From the IMG/VR virus record IMGVR_UViG_3300014208_000007, positions 1-62,041 of that record: a DNA stretch of 62,041 bases; one strand, 5' to 3'. The first letter of the stretch is position 1; the number at the start of each line of letters is the position of its first letter. A model generated the notes under the pieces. It did no database searches, had not been told where the DNA came from, and saw only the letters and a program-made list of their open reading frames with translations. Both the position numbers and the translations under genes were made by a program. This DNA is from a virus. Of this stretch, positions 23,605 to 32,550 are shown piece after piece.

Positions 23605-25199
23605 AGCGCCATCTCCTCGAGGGTCGACGTCAGGAGGATGGCCGATACCCCTTCTGTCCCGAGGACCCGGATCTCGCAGGTATCGACGAGGAACGTCTCA
23701 AGCCGGACCGGTTCATCGGATGTGACGGTTTTGGGAATCGTGTACGGAATATCCCGGTAGATTACGTCGACCTTTACAGGGTACGTTTTCGCAACGACCT
23801 TCACCCACCCGAAGCAGGTCGGCAGGAACCGGTACTTCTTCGACAGGTAATTGATTTCCCGTGAGGAACCTCCCGCCGTGAACTTCACAATTTCCCCGGA
23901 CACCAGCAGGTACAGGGTGCCGTCCGTCTTGTCGTAGAACCCCGCCGTGGCGTAGAAGTCCAGATCCACAAGGTTCTTTGACTTCAGGTCGAAGATGAAG
24001 CCGCTCGTGCTGCCGTAGAACCCGACGTACTTCCCCTGCCAGTAGTAGGCGTGGATCGTCGACGGAGAGTAATTCGCAAGCCATTCGTCCTGCCCGATGA
24101 CTTCTTCCGTCACGATCCCACTCGCTCCGGGACCAACGGCCGCCAATCCCTCCGCGCACGGGTAGATGACGACCTCGCCGGCCTGGACCTTTCCCTGCTT
24201 CGACAGGCAGGAGAAACCCAGATCCATGCGCTCCATGACGGTGTTCGAGGGATCGTTTCCGATGACGAGGTACGGTTGCCCTTCCGTCAGGACCACCACC
24301 GTCGTCCCGTAGGCCCCAAGCGCCACGATGTCCCGGTCGACCGCCTTCTGATACGAGGCCGGCCATGCGTGCGGGTAGTACGGGACCGAGAAGCAGACGA
24401 GGTTGTCGACGAACCCTGCAAGGACACCGTTAGGCAGGGAGACCAGGCCGGAGATTCCAGCCGGGGGGCCGTCCCATTCCGTTGACGCAAGGACCTCCCC
24501 GAGATCCGCGTCGAGAACGGTATCGGCGTAACTCGAAGTCGCAATGGCGATTTCGACCACGAATTGATATTCCGCCCCGCTGGTCCCCTGGTTGATCCGG
24601 TAGATGCGCTTCGCCGTAATCCAGTAGTCGGTGGCCGCGGTGACGTCCATGCCGGTGATCGTGCAGAGATCGCCGTCGTACAGGTCCTTCAGGTTCGACA
24701 CGGCGGAAGGGGGTCCCTCCTGCCCGTACCCGTTGACGAGGGTGTAGACGTACCCGCGCGTCTCGAGCAACGTAGGGTCGGCACCGGAGGCCGTACCCGT
24801 CGCAATCGGCGTGATGGTCGGAGCCAAGGGGGACGGGATCCGGGACGCCATAGGGTAATCGGTGCCGGCCTGATTGAACAGGTTCTTGTCGGTGACCTTG
24901 AAAACACCGCTCTCGGTATAGTAGACCCGGTTGTACGAGTCGCTCAGATGCGGAGCCCGCACGGCGTCGACGTCGGTGTTCCACGTGAAACTATATCGGG
25001 ATCCCAAGTTGTAATACTCGTAAAGGGACTCCGCAAGGGTCTTTGCGGGCACGGAATCCAAAAGGTCCGTATCCAGCGGGGTAATTCCGCCGCTACCGAA
25101 TTCGCAGTTTGTGGCGACCTGCGAACGATTCGGTGGGATGAGGACCGGATCAAGGATCCTCGGGATGATTCCCCCGAACGTATCCAAGGTGATCTTCAT
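23601..25199 (-). CDS. Large virion structural protein (tail hub/tube candidate), 532 aa
   Basis: Size and position. Segment RGYVYTLVNGYGQEGPPSAVS resembles a motif I recall from podovirus tail proteins. Not verified. Confidence 0.55.
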   Translation of the reverse strand: MKITLDTFGGIIPRILDPVLIPPNRSQVATNCEFGSGGITPLDTDLLDSVPAKTLAESLYEYYNLGSRYSFTWNTDVDAVRAPHLSDSYNRVYYTESGVFKVTDKNLFNQAGTDYPMASRIPSPLAPTITPIATGTASGADPTLLETRGYVYTLVNGYGQEGPPSAVSNLKDLYDGDLCTITGMDVTAATDYWITAKRIYRINQGTSGAEYQFVVEIAIATSSYADTVLDADLGEVLASTEWDGPPAGISGLVSLPNGVLAGFVDNLVCFSVPYYPHAWPASYQKAVDRDIVALGAYGTTVVVLTEGQPYLVIGNDPSNTVMERMDLGFSCLSKQGKVQAGEVVIYPCAEGLAAVGPGASGIVTEEVIGQDEWLANYSPSTIHAYYWQGKYVGFYGSTSGFIFDLKSKNLVDLDFYATAGFYDKTDGTLYLLVSGEIVKFTAGGSSREINYLSKKYRFLPTCFGWVKVVAKTYPVKVDVIYRDIPYTIPKTVTSDEPVRLETFLVDTCEIRVLGTEGVSAILLTSTLEEMAL

Positions 25200-25898
25200 T
25201 TACTTGCTCTTTTCCCCCGCCTTGGTCTCCATCGCCGTCTTGATACCGAAGAACTGGTGGAACTTCTGCAAGGCCATGCCCGCCTTGGAAAGGGCGTTCG
25301 GAATCGTCGTCTCTTCAAAAAGCGCCCGGTAGATCAGGTAGTCGATCGCCGGTTCCTTGTAGGAATCGTCCAGGGGGAACGTGCTGTCGTTTGCCGCAAG
25401 GGCCGTCGGTGGGGTCGAGATGATCGCCTGCACCTTCGCCGTCGCCCCGGACTGTGGCGGGTAGACGTAAAACGCCTTCGGGTCGTTCGGGTCGGTGATG
25501 CCGAAGATCGGTACGGCATCGGCCGTCGCCTGCATCCACCCGGGCATGAGGTTGTCCATCGCGTCCTTCTCCACCGTGACGAGCGCCCCGGCTATGGCAT
25601 CGGCCACGCCCAGGTTGCACACCAGGTCCAGAAGGGCGATGGCGCCCGCGGGAAGGGACTGCTTCGCTCCCGCGACCAGAGTGATGTTCACCGTCGTCGG
25701 GTAGGCGGACGGCCTGACGTTGAGAATCGCCATGATCGCCATGTCGAGGTACGGCAGGATCAGGTCGTCTCCCCACTTCGTCCCGGTGACGTCCTGAAGC
25801 TGCTGCCTGGCGTTCAGGAGGATCAGTTGGGTCGCGTTGAGACTTCCGGTCGGAGCCGGTAGACCTGACGGTCCTCCTCCATCGATTACGGGGCTCAC
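25200..25898 (-). CDS. Virion structural protein (head-tail adaptor candidate), 232 aa
   Basis: Abuts the downstream gene with no gap. Position between capsid and tail genes. Confidence 0.55.
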   Translation of the reverse strand: MSPVIDGGGPSGLPAPTGSLNATQLILLNARQQLQDVTGTKWGDDLILPYLDMAIMAILNVRPSAYPTTVNITLVAGAKQSLPAGAIALLDLVCNLGVADAIAGALVTVEKDAMDNLMPGWMQATADAVPIFGITDPNDPKAFYVYPPQSGATAKVQAIISTPPTALAANDSTFPLDDSYKEPAIDYLIYRALFEETTIPNALSKAGMALQKFHQFFGIKTAMETKAGEKSK

Positions 25899-26860
25899 AG
25901 GTACGCTCCTCGCTTGATTCGGTGGGTTGACGGCAGGATCCTGGCCCGGGAGTCAAGGATTGTATCGACTTCATGCTTCACGAACGCGGCGAAAGCAGGA
26001 TCCACCCCGGGCATGGAGACTCCCTTGGTGAGAATCCAGACGACTCCTTCCCTGAATACCTCGTCGAACATCCCATTCCATGGGATCGTCTGCGTCACGA
26101 GCGTCAGATCCGACGGCTTCGCGTTGTACCGACCCGTCACCATGCAGGAATCTGAAACCTTCGGACGAACGTACAGATTCGTCCCCAGGACCTTGTACTT
26201 CCGCGGGGTAATCGCAGCTGTTTCGAAGGTTTCTCCGTAGATCCGGTACTTTTCCCACCACATCAGGTCGTCCCGGTCGTCTTCGTCCAAGGGATTCGGG
26301 TCAAGGCGGGACCTGTACGTCGTGTCGGTCGGCAGTTCGACGCTCGAGATGATGATGTTCTGGCCGACCGCAAGCGACAGTTCCGTCGCCGTCACGAACG
26401 TCTTACTACCGAGGCCGACGAGGACCGAAGAGGCCGACGTGTCGAGGGTGTAGATCGGTTGCCCGGGAGTGACCCCGACGGCGACGTGCCACGACGCCAG
26501 GGTCCCGCTCCCGTTGATGGATGTCACGCTCATTACAAGCGTTTTCGTGGCCGTATCGTAGGAAGTGACTGTGCCTGCCATCCATGGGGTCGTCCCGAGC
26601 CAGGAGGTCGCCCCGATCGCGCTCGGCTTCTCGGCCATCGACAGAAAGTCCGATGGCAAGGGGGCCATGTAGTCGTACTCCGGGATGACGAGGAAGAGAT
26701 TCCCCGTCGCCAAGAGGTCCGATTTCCGGTCCAAAAGGCGCTTGAAGACCAACGATTGCACGGAGGTGGCCGCCCGGAACAGGGTGATTCCACTCTGTTG
26801 CGGCAGGCGGCCAACCCTCGGCAGTAAGTCCTGGACCAGATTCGATACCAGATACGACAT
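25895..26860 (-). CDS. Virion structural protein, 321 aa
   Basis: ATGA-coupled within the structural operon. No family recognised. Confidence 0.6.
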   Translation of the reverse strand: MSYLVSNLVQDLLPRVGRLPQQSGITLFRAATSVQSLVFKRLLDRKSDLLATGNLFLVIPEYDYMAPLPSDFLSMAEKPSAIGATSWLGTTPWMAGTVTSYDTATKTLVMSVTSINGSGTLASWHVAVGVTPGQPIYTLDTSASSVLVGLGSKTFVTATELSLAVGQNIIISSVELPTDTTYRSRLDPNPLDEDDRDDLMWWEKYRIYGETFETAAITPRKYKVLGTNLYVRPKVSDSCMVTGRYNAKPSDLTLVTQTIPWNGMFDEVFREGVVWILTKGVSMPGVDPAFAAFVKHEVDTILDSRARILPSTHRIKRGAYL

Positions 26861-26863
26861 GGA

Positions 26864-27301
26864 TTAACCTCCCGCGGCTCCGGCTTCCATCGCATCGAAC
26901 GCCGTTTCGCCCTTGAGCCATTCGAACGCATCCGTCATCGACAGGAACGGAGAGACCTTCTCGCGGTCCTTGACCCACTTCCCGTCGGAACCGGCATAAA
27001 GGTTCTTCTTCTTGTCCGTGACGATGAAGGAATCCTTGAACTTGTCGATGGAGTACCCGTCCATCGGGTTGAACTCCGCCCGGAGCGGACTGCCCTGTGT
27101 CGGGACGTACTCCCGGAACTGCCCCGGCTTGGAGAGCATGTACTTCAGGTGCTCCTCCGAAGTCACGTCACAGAACGAAGTCGTCACCGCCACCCGCTTC
27201 CCCTTCTCGTCGAACGTCGGGATCGGCATGAAGTTGTAGACCTGCTTCCCGATCGACATCGGCGTTACGCCTTCCCTCTTCACCAAGCATTCGATCAACA
27301 T
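26864..27301 (-). CDS. Hypothetical virion-module protein, 145 aa
   Basis: ORF follows the capsid/decoration genes, with GGAGACGACACG before the ATG. Confidence 0.65.
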   Translation of the reverse strand: MLIECLVKREGVTPMSIGKQVYNFMPIPTFDEKGKRVAVTTSFCDVTSEEHLKYMLSKPGQFREYVPTQGSPLRAEFNPMDGYSIDKFKDSFIVTDKKKNLYAGSDGKWVKDREKVSPFLSMTDAFEWLKGETAFDAMEAGAAGG

Positions 27302-27326
27302 CGTGTCGTCTCCTTTTCTTTTATGA

Positions 27327-27355
27327 GGGGCGGGGTTTGTCGTGTACCCCGCCCC
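27327..27355 (-). other. Perfect 10-bp GC hairpin (GGGGCGGGGT / ACCCCGCCCC, 9-nt loop) downstream of the decoration gene
   Basis: Read directly. No U-tract follows on the minus-strand RNA, so it looks like a stabiliser or processing site rather than a classic terminator. Confidence 0.5.
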
Positions 27356-27391
27356 GTCTCGTTGTTCACAACAGGTTCGCCCGTGGCCGAT

Positions 27392-27913
27392 TTAGTCCTC
27401 GGCCGTCTCGTACACGATGGAGATGTCCCCGGCGATCGCGGTGGTCGCCTGGGTGCCGATCTCGACCGCGATGATCCGATCCTTCGTGGTATCGACCCCG
27501 ACCGCGTGCGACGGGATCAGGGTAGCGGTGATCCCGCCGCGCCCGGCAGCCGAAGACCGGCCGATCGTGGCGGACGAGATGATCTCGTGCCCGGAAACAA
27601 GCGCCGGAGCGGTTCCGGTATCGGTCTGCCCACCGGAATCGTAGGCTGCCGCATTGGTCGCGGACGCCTCGGCCTCGTTGTAGTACGTGTTCAGGATACC
27701 AACATTCAGGACAACGGCCGTCCCGGTGTCGAGCGGGTCGACCTCGAGACGCAGGTCGTGGAGCCGGTGACCGGACGGCAGGATGCCGAGCGCCACGATG
27801 TTCCCGGTGACGTTCTGCGCCGCGGTGAGGGCGTGGGTCCTGTACTCCACGTTCGGACCGACCCCCGTTTTCGGCGGCTTCGTGTAGAGACTCGCTGCCT
27901 TGATGAGTGACAT
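27392..27913 (-). CDS. Head decoration / capsid accessory protein candidate, 173 aa
   Basis: Immediately follows the major capsid gene and has its own SD (AGGGAGGG). Beta-rich Thr/Ala/Gly composition. Confidence 0.5.
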   Translation of the reverse strand: MSLIKAASLYTKPPKTGVGPNVEYRTHALTAAQNVTGNIVALGILPSGHRLHDLRLEVDPLDTGTAVVLNVGILNTYYNEAEASATNAAAYDSGGQTDTGTAPALVSGHEIISSATIGRSSAAGRGGITATLIPSHAVGVDTTKDRIIAVEIGTQATTAIAGDISIVYETAED

Positions 27914-27930
27914 GGGTATTTTCCCTCCCT

Positions 27931-27966
27931 GAGAAAAGGTTGCGCGGGGGGATTGACTCCCCCCGC
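27931..27966 (-). terminator. Leaky intrinsic terminator after the major capsid gene
   Basis: 8-bp stem GCGGGGGG/CCCCCCGC (27944-27951 / 27959-27966) with a 7-nt loop. The minus-strand RNA then reads GCAACCUUUUCUC. Confidence 0.5.
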
Positions 27967-27970
27967 TGGA

Positions 27971-29080
27971 TTACGGCTTGGTCGACGCGGTGTCGATCGC
28001 CATCACGCCGAAGTCGTTCCCGTTGAAGGTCGTCTTCTTGACCCCGAAGATCGTGTGGGTCGAGATGATGATCTTGTTCCCGTTGTCCCGGGTCTCCTCG
28101 TTCCACCCGAACCGGAGATCCTGGCCCGGGGAACCGAACGCGACGACGGCGGCCTGCAACCCGCAGAAGAGCGCGCGGGTCGCCTCGATGGCGCCGGAGC
28201 CGTAGTCGGTGTACCGGATGCAGTTCTGGTGCTGTTGCAGGACGACGCCGTTCCAGATCCCCAGGCCGCCCTTGAAGAACTCGTTGTTCTTCCCGACGGA
28301 GGCGAGCAGGGCCTTCTGGATGTCGGCCCAATCCATCGACGTGGTGTTGCGGCGGAAGTTGTACGCCTGGTACCCGTCCATGACGCACAGGAACACGTCT
28401 TCCCCGTCGATGTTGCACTTCTGGAGCTGCGGAACCTCGGACGCCACCGGTCCGCCTCCGCCCATCATGTTGGCGTAGGCTACCGCCCGGTCGATCGGCA
28501 GGGTCGACATGGTGTCCGTCGCCGTGATGGACGCCTTCGACGTCGCCGTGCCACCGTACACGATGTGGTTGGTGTCCGGCGAGGTGAAGGAGTTGTTCCC
28601 GAACCCGGTGTACGTGGTCGGGAAGACGTACTCCGAGTTCGTCCCGCGGGCGCCCGACAGGTACATGAAGAAGATCTGGTCGAACACCCGGCCCCACCAG
28701 TCGGTCTCCCGGGCCTTGGCGATCTTCCGGAGGTCGTGCAGGGTCCGCTTGCGCGTCATCCGGCCGCCCGCGTCCGCACCGCCCCGCATCTGGTCGATGT
28801 AGACGTTGTCGGAGTAGAACTGCAGGGCCTCTTCCTTGCCGTGCAGCTCGGCGTCGCCCTCGATCGGCTGCATGTTGAGCTGCATGGACAGGTCGAAGGT
28901 GATCTGCTCGCCCGCGCCAGCCTCTAGATCCGTCAACTGCCAGATCGGCTTGGTCGGGACTTCGCCCTTGCCCATGAACTTCCGGGCCCAGAACCCTTTA
29001 CGTCCGACGTCGACCGCGAGGTTCCCGGAATACCTCTTGACGGCCTTGGCGTCGTTCAGACCGATGATCGTCTGCGCCAT
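27971..29080 (-). CDS. Major capsid protein (HK97 fold; resembles the N4 gp56-type family by recollection), 369 aa
   Basis: GGAGG SD. Downstream of the scaffold-like gene and followed by a terminator hairpin. Size and composition are typical of an MCP. Confidence 0.65.
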   Translation of the reverse strand: MAQTIIGLNDAKAVKRYSGNLAVDVGRKGFWARKFMGKGEVPTKPIWQLTDLEAGAGEQITFDLSMQLNMQPIEGDAELHGKEEALQFYSDNVYIDQMRGGADAGGRMTRKRTLHDLRKIAKARETDWWGRVFDQIFFMYLSGARGTNSEYVFPTTYTGFGNNSFTSPDTNHIVYGGTATSKASITATDTMSTLPIDRAVAYANMMGGGGPVASEVPQLQKCNIDGEDVFLCVMDGYQAYNFRRNTTSMDWADIQKALLASVGKNNEFFKGGLGIWNGVVLQQHQNCIRYTDYGSGAIEATRALFCGLQAAVVAFGSPGQDLRFGWNEETRDNGNKIIISTHTIFGVKKTTFNGNDFGVMAIDTASTKP

Positions 29081-29135
29081 GGTGTGGCCTCCATTTCGTT
29101 TTTAGGCCATCCTGGGCCGACGTTGAATATGGGCG

Positions 29136-29336
29136 TTATTGCCCCGTGCTGACCGCTTGCACCTTGAAATGCCGTATGGGAATAGACTTGTCGGCGGTGA
29201 TCTTCAACACGGCAGACCGTCCCGCCTTCTCCACAAGGAAAATCGAAATCTCCTTCCTGGCGTCTTGTGGAACAGCCGAAAAATCCATCTTCAGCTCGTC
29301 GCCGATCTTGATGATTTTCAGGAGGCACCCGTCCAT
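29136..29336 (-). CDS. Small hypothetical protein between scaffold and capsid genes, 66 aa (start uncertain; a GTG at 29369 is possible)
   Basis: ORF 29136-29369. The ATG at 29336 lies just after the scaffold stop. Confidence 0.45.
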   Translation of the reverse strand: MDGCLLKIIKIGDELKMDFSAVPQDARKEISIFLVEKAGRSAVLKITADKSIPIRHFKVQAVSTGQ

Positions 29337-29343
29337 CTCGTCG

Positions 29344-30414
29344 TCACGCCCTCGCTGCGTAGGTGTCACGCTGTTCCTGCGTCATCCGTTCGAGTGCATC
29401 CTCGTATGCCTTGCCGGACAACTTGTCGATTGCCGCAAACCCGTCGTCGGTAGAGTTCGGCGCCGCCGCCGGCACGGTCCCGAGGGTCTTTACGTCGGGC
29501 ACGGTCGCCGGTGGTTTCCCGCCGTCCTTGGCCGCTGCCGCGGACGGAGTTGCCGCCTTCTTCCCCGGCGCCGGGATGCCGAACGCGCTTCGAACCGCCC
29601 GGTCGGCCGCGATCAGGATCGTCATCCCCGAGGCGTTGGTGTACTTCGGGTCGGATCCGATCCGGTTGACGGCCTTCCCGAACGCCCCGAACAGGAGCTC
29701 CGACCGTTCCGTAAACTTCCCGTCGACCTTCTCGAGGTATTCGGGACGCGCGCGGAGGAACTCCCCCTGTTCGACGTCCCACACCTTCTGCGCCCGGAGA
29801 GCGTCCCGGGCCTGCAACTGCATCTCTGTGACTTCCCGGTTAAGGGCGTCCCGCTCCCGGTTGTACTCCTTCAGTTCGACGTCCCCGGCGTCGTATTTCG
29901 CGTCCAAGGCGTCTAGTTTCGTCTGGATCTCCGGCGGGACGGTGTTCGGCAACTTGACCGAAAGTGCCGATTCGGGCGGTCGGAACGCCAGAAGATCCTC
30001 GTCCGACGGTAGGACGGTCTCTTCCGTTGCCGGGGGCGTGGCCGGGGGAGTTGCTGCCGCAGGTGCGGCCCCCTCGGCCCCAGGTGCCGGTGCCGCCGCT
30101 TCGCTTGCGGGCGTACCCGCTGCAGGCGGCTTTGTGGGTGCCCCATCCGTTGCCGGTTTCTCGGGAGACTTGCCTTCCCCCTCCGCGGCGATGGCCGCGA
30201 GTGCCTTCGGGTCGATCTCGAACTCGGCCGGGGTGACTTCTTCGTTACCTCCAACCTCCGGGTTGTCGATGGAATCCTTGATTCCCGCGCGCTCCGTCTC
30301 CGACAGTCCCGCCCACTCCTCGAGCGTGTACCCCTCGGGAGGCGAACCGGACGTGTCGACCGCCGGGGTCTCCGGCGCCTTGCCTTCGTCTTTCGTGTCC
30401 GTGGCTCCTGCCAT
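29344..30414 (-). CDS. Scaffolding protein candidate, 356 aa
   Basis: Internal ATG (MAGATDTKDEG). Acidic Ala/Pro/Glu-rich N-terminal half, then coiled-coil. Located upstream of the MCP. Confidence 0.5.
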   Translation of the reverse strand: MAGATDTKDEGKAPETPAVDTSGSPPEGYTLEEWAGLSETERAGIKDSIDNPEVGGNEEVTPAEFEIDPKALAAIAAEGEGKSPEKPATDGAPTKPPAAGTPASEAAAPAPGAEGAAPAAATPPATPPATEETVLPSDEDLLAFRPPESALSVKLPNTVPPEIQTKLDALDAKYDAGDVELKEYNRERDALNREVTEMQLQARDALRAQKVWDVEQGEFLRARPEYLEKVDGKFTERSELLFGAFGKAVNRIGSDPKYTNASGMTILIAADRAVRSAFGIPAPGKKAATPSAAAAKDGGKPPATVPDVKTLGTVPAAAPNSTDDGFAAIDKLSGKAYEDALERMTQEQRDTYAARA

Positions 30415-30489
30415 GGCTACACCCTGTCCTTTCTGAATTTGTGGGGGCCTTGAACGTCCGCCAGGACGCAGGTCCCCGGCCCGGTTTTC

Positions 30490-30532
30490 ACGTGCGCGCT
30501 CAATAGCCAAGGCCCTTTGGGGACGCGCACGT
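30490..30532 (-). other. Stem-loop in the leader of the scaffold gene (9-bp stem ACGTGCGCG/CGCGCACGT, 25-nt loop with an internal imperfect palindrome)
   Basis: Read directly in the 170-nt gap 30415-30584. No U-tract on either strand. Confidence 0.45.
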
Positions 30533-30584
30533 TACTCGCTTCGGCCTCTTTCCCCGACGAGGAGAACCCCCAAGGGCCAACCAT

Positions 30585-30845
30585 TTACTTCATCCCTTCC
30601 TTGCCCATCTTGATGAGCATTTCCGCTTCCTTCTTCTTGCCCTCGCTCTCGTCCATCTTCTCCTTGGCGAGAGCGCACGCCCGCTTCATCCGGGCCGGGT
30701 CCGCCTTGACGGCCATCGCCCGGGCCATCGCCCGGAGGTCGTCTTCGGCTTCCCACCGCTTCTGGTCTTCCACCATGTTCGAAGGCATGGTCGCAAGCGC
30801 CACGCCTCCGCCACCCTTTTTCTTCCGCTTCTTCTCGTACCCCAC
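30585..30845 (-). CDS. Small Lys/Glu/Ala-rich protein, 86 aa from the GTG (67 aa if the ATG at 30788 is used)
   Basis: C-terminal part of ORF 30585-31064 (…WEAEDDLRAMARAMAVKADPARMKRA…). The GTG at 30845 follows GGAAGAGG. Confidence 0.45.
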   Translation of the reverse strand: MGYEKKRKKKGGGGVALATMPSNMVEDQKRWEAEDDLRAMARAMAVKADPARMKRACALAKEKMDESEGKKKEAEMLIKMGKEGMK

Positions 30846-30859
30846 GGGACTGCCTCTTC

Positions 30860-31111
30860 CTACGACGTGGTGAGGGAGATGAGCTTCCCGCCGGCCAGGC
30901 CGATGTACAGGGTCCCGGAGTAGAGCGTCAGCGACAGGACCTTCTCCCCGACGTCCCGGATGTCCGTCAGGGCGCCGCTCGCCATGTTGTACTTCCGGAC
31001 CACGCCCTTGTCGGTGCCGAAGTACAGGTACCCGACGCCGCTCTCCACTACGGAGACGACGCACGTCACCTCGTTGCTCAGAACTTTCAGATCGGTCTTC
31101 GTTACGGTCAT
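30860..31111 (-). CDS. Small beta-rich hypothetical protein, 83 aa
   Basis: ORF with repeated hydrophobic/Gly beta-strand pattern (GYLYFGTDKGVV, GTLYIGLAGGKL). Confidence 0.6.
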   Translation of the reverse strand: MTVTKTDLKVLSNEVTCVVSVVESGVGYLYFGTDKGVVRKYNMASGALTDIRDVGEKVLSLTLYSGTLYIGLAGGKLISLTTS

Positions 31112-31141
31112 GACAAATACCCTCCCGTCTTTCGGTTGACG

Positions 31142-31729
31142 TCAGTACGCTACGGTGCGATGGAGCACGAATCCTTCGGCATGGTGGCCGTCTCCTGGTA
31201 TCAGCGATCCGAAAAAGCGGTTCTGCGCGACCATCGTCTCCATGAACTTCGGCCGCCGGGACATCTGCGATTCGAACAGGGAAACGAGTTTCTTCTTCGC
31301 CTCAATGTTGATAACGCTCAGGTAATTCGGGTAGTAGGAATGCGATGTCGTCACCAGATACCGAAGAACGGTGATCCGGACGTTGCGCGATACCGCGAAT
31401 CCCACCTGCGACGCTGCGTTGTGGTGCTGGTGGTAGTCGTGCTCGAACGGGAAGTAGAGGATCGTTGGTTGCACAGCGTCGAGGACGCAGACTTTCTCCT
31501 CGATCGACATGTCCGCGTCGAATAGGTGAACCACGCATCCGCCCAACATCCTCGAGGAATCCACCTGCTCGGATTGACGGACTACCGGATTAGCCGTCAG
31601 TTCCTCGTCCGCGTTCAGGATGGCGAGTACGATCTTGTCTCCCGCATCCCGGTGCTTCAGGAGGGTTCCCCCACAGCCGATCTCGATGTCGTCGATGTGC
31701 GCGCCGATGGCGAGGACTGTTTCGCTCAT
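31142..31729 (-). CDS. PIG-L/LmbE-family deacetylase, 195 aa
   Basis: N-terminal motif LAIGAHIDDIEIGCGGTL. Start overlaps the upstream stop (ATGA). The long ORF 31142-32671 has a junk N-terminal extension. Confidence 0.7.
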   Translation of the reverse strand: MSETVLAIGAHIDDIEIGCGGTLLKHRDAGDKIVLAILNADEELTANPVVRQSEQVDSSRMLGGCVVHLFDADMSIEEKVCVLDAVQPTILYFPFEHDYHQHHNAASQVGFAVSRNVRITVLRYLVTTSHSYYPNYLSVINIEAKKKLVSLFESQMSRRPKFMETMVAQNRFFGSLIPGDGHHAEGFVLHRTVAY

Positions 31730-32550
31730 CGCGCCACCTCTTCCCACGGCCGGTACATTCCATCCACCGGCGAATACCGGAACCGAATCCCGTTCCTGCG
31801 CAACTGGTTGCGGACGGCCTCCGTCGCCCCCGTCATAGGCCCCTCGATGATCCGACACCCGATGTCGAAGAAGGTCTCCCCGCACACTATGGCCGTGGTA
31901 CGCTCCATCTCCCGGACCGACACGCCTCGCAACTGCCCGAGGACTTCTTCGAGGCGGCTTGCGGACGGGTAGGCGTTCTCCTTCAGGACCTTGGCGGGGC
32001 ATCCGGCCGCCAGGCAACCGCTCGGCAGGTCGGAATTGATGAGAGACCGCGCGGCCACGACGACGTTGTCGCCGATCGTCACCCCGGGGTTGACCCAAGC
32101 GTTCGGCAGCCATACCCGGTTGCCGATCTTCACCGGCGCCCACTGTGCCGGGAATCCGAAATCTACCGGCAGGTACGCTCCATGCGTGAATATCTTCGTT
32201 TCGATGCCGATTCCGGCCTCGTGTCCGATCTCCACGCCTCGAGCGATGTTCACCTGTGAATTCCATCCCATGTGCAGCCAATCCCCTGCGTTCAGGAAGG
32301 CCCCTTCGTCGAAACACGACCCGCCGCCGATCCACGCGCCATGGTCCAGATACGATTCCCGGCCAAGGACGACCGAGTTCCCCTCCACCCTGGCGCCGGA
32401 CCGGATGATCGTCCGATCCCCGATGTGACCGCCGATGACGTTGAACACCGCCCCCGCCTCGATCAGCACGTCCGACCCGAACGTGCATCCCTTGAACCGG
32501 AATCCGGCCTCTATCTTCGTATCCCTCGTGAAGGTCATCCCGGTATTCAT
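31726..32550 (-). CDS. Left-handed beta-helix (hexapeptide-repeat) acyl/acetyltransferase, 274 aa
   Basis: Repeated [LIV]-G-x-x-x-x hexapeptides (IGDRTIIRSGARVEGNSVVLG, IGDNVVVAARS). The ATG at 32550 shares one nt with the upstream TGA. Confidence 0.7.
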   Translation of the reverse strand: MNTGMTFTRDTKIEAGFRFKGCTFGSDVLIEAGAVFNVIGGHIGDRTIIRSGARVEGNSVVLGRESYLDHGAWIGGGSCFDEGAFLNAGDWLHMGWNSQVNIARGVEIGHEAGIGIETKIFTHGAYLPVDFGFPAQWAPVKIGNRVWLPNAWVNPGVTIGDNVVVAARSLINSDLPSGCLAAGCPAKVLKENAYPSASRLEEVLGQLRGVSVREMERTTAIVCGETFFDIGCRIIEGPMTGATEAVRNQLRRNGIRFRYSPVDGMYRPWEEVAR

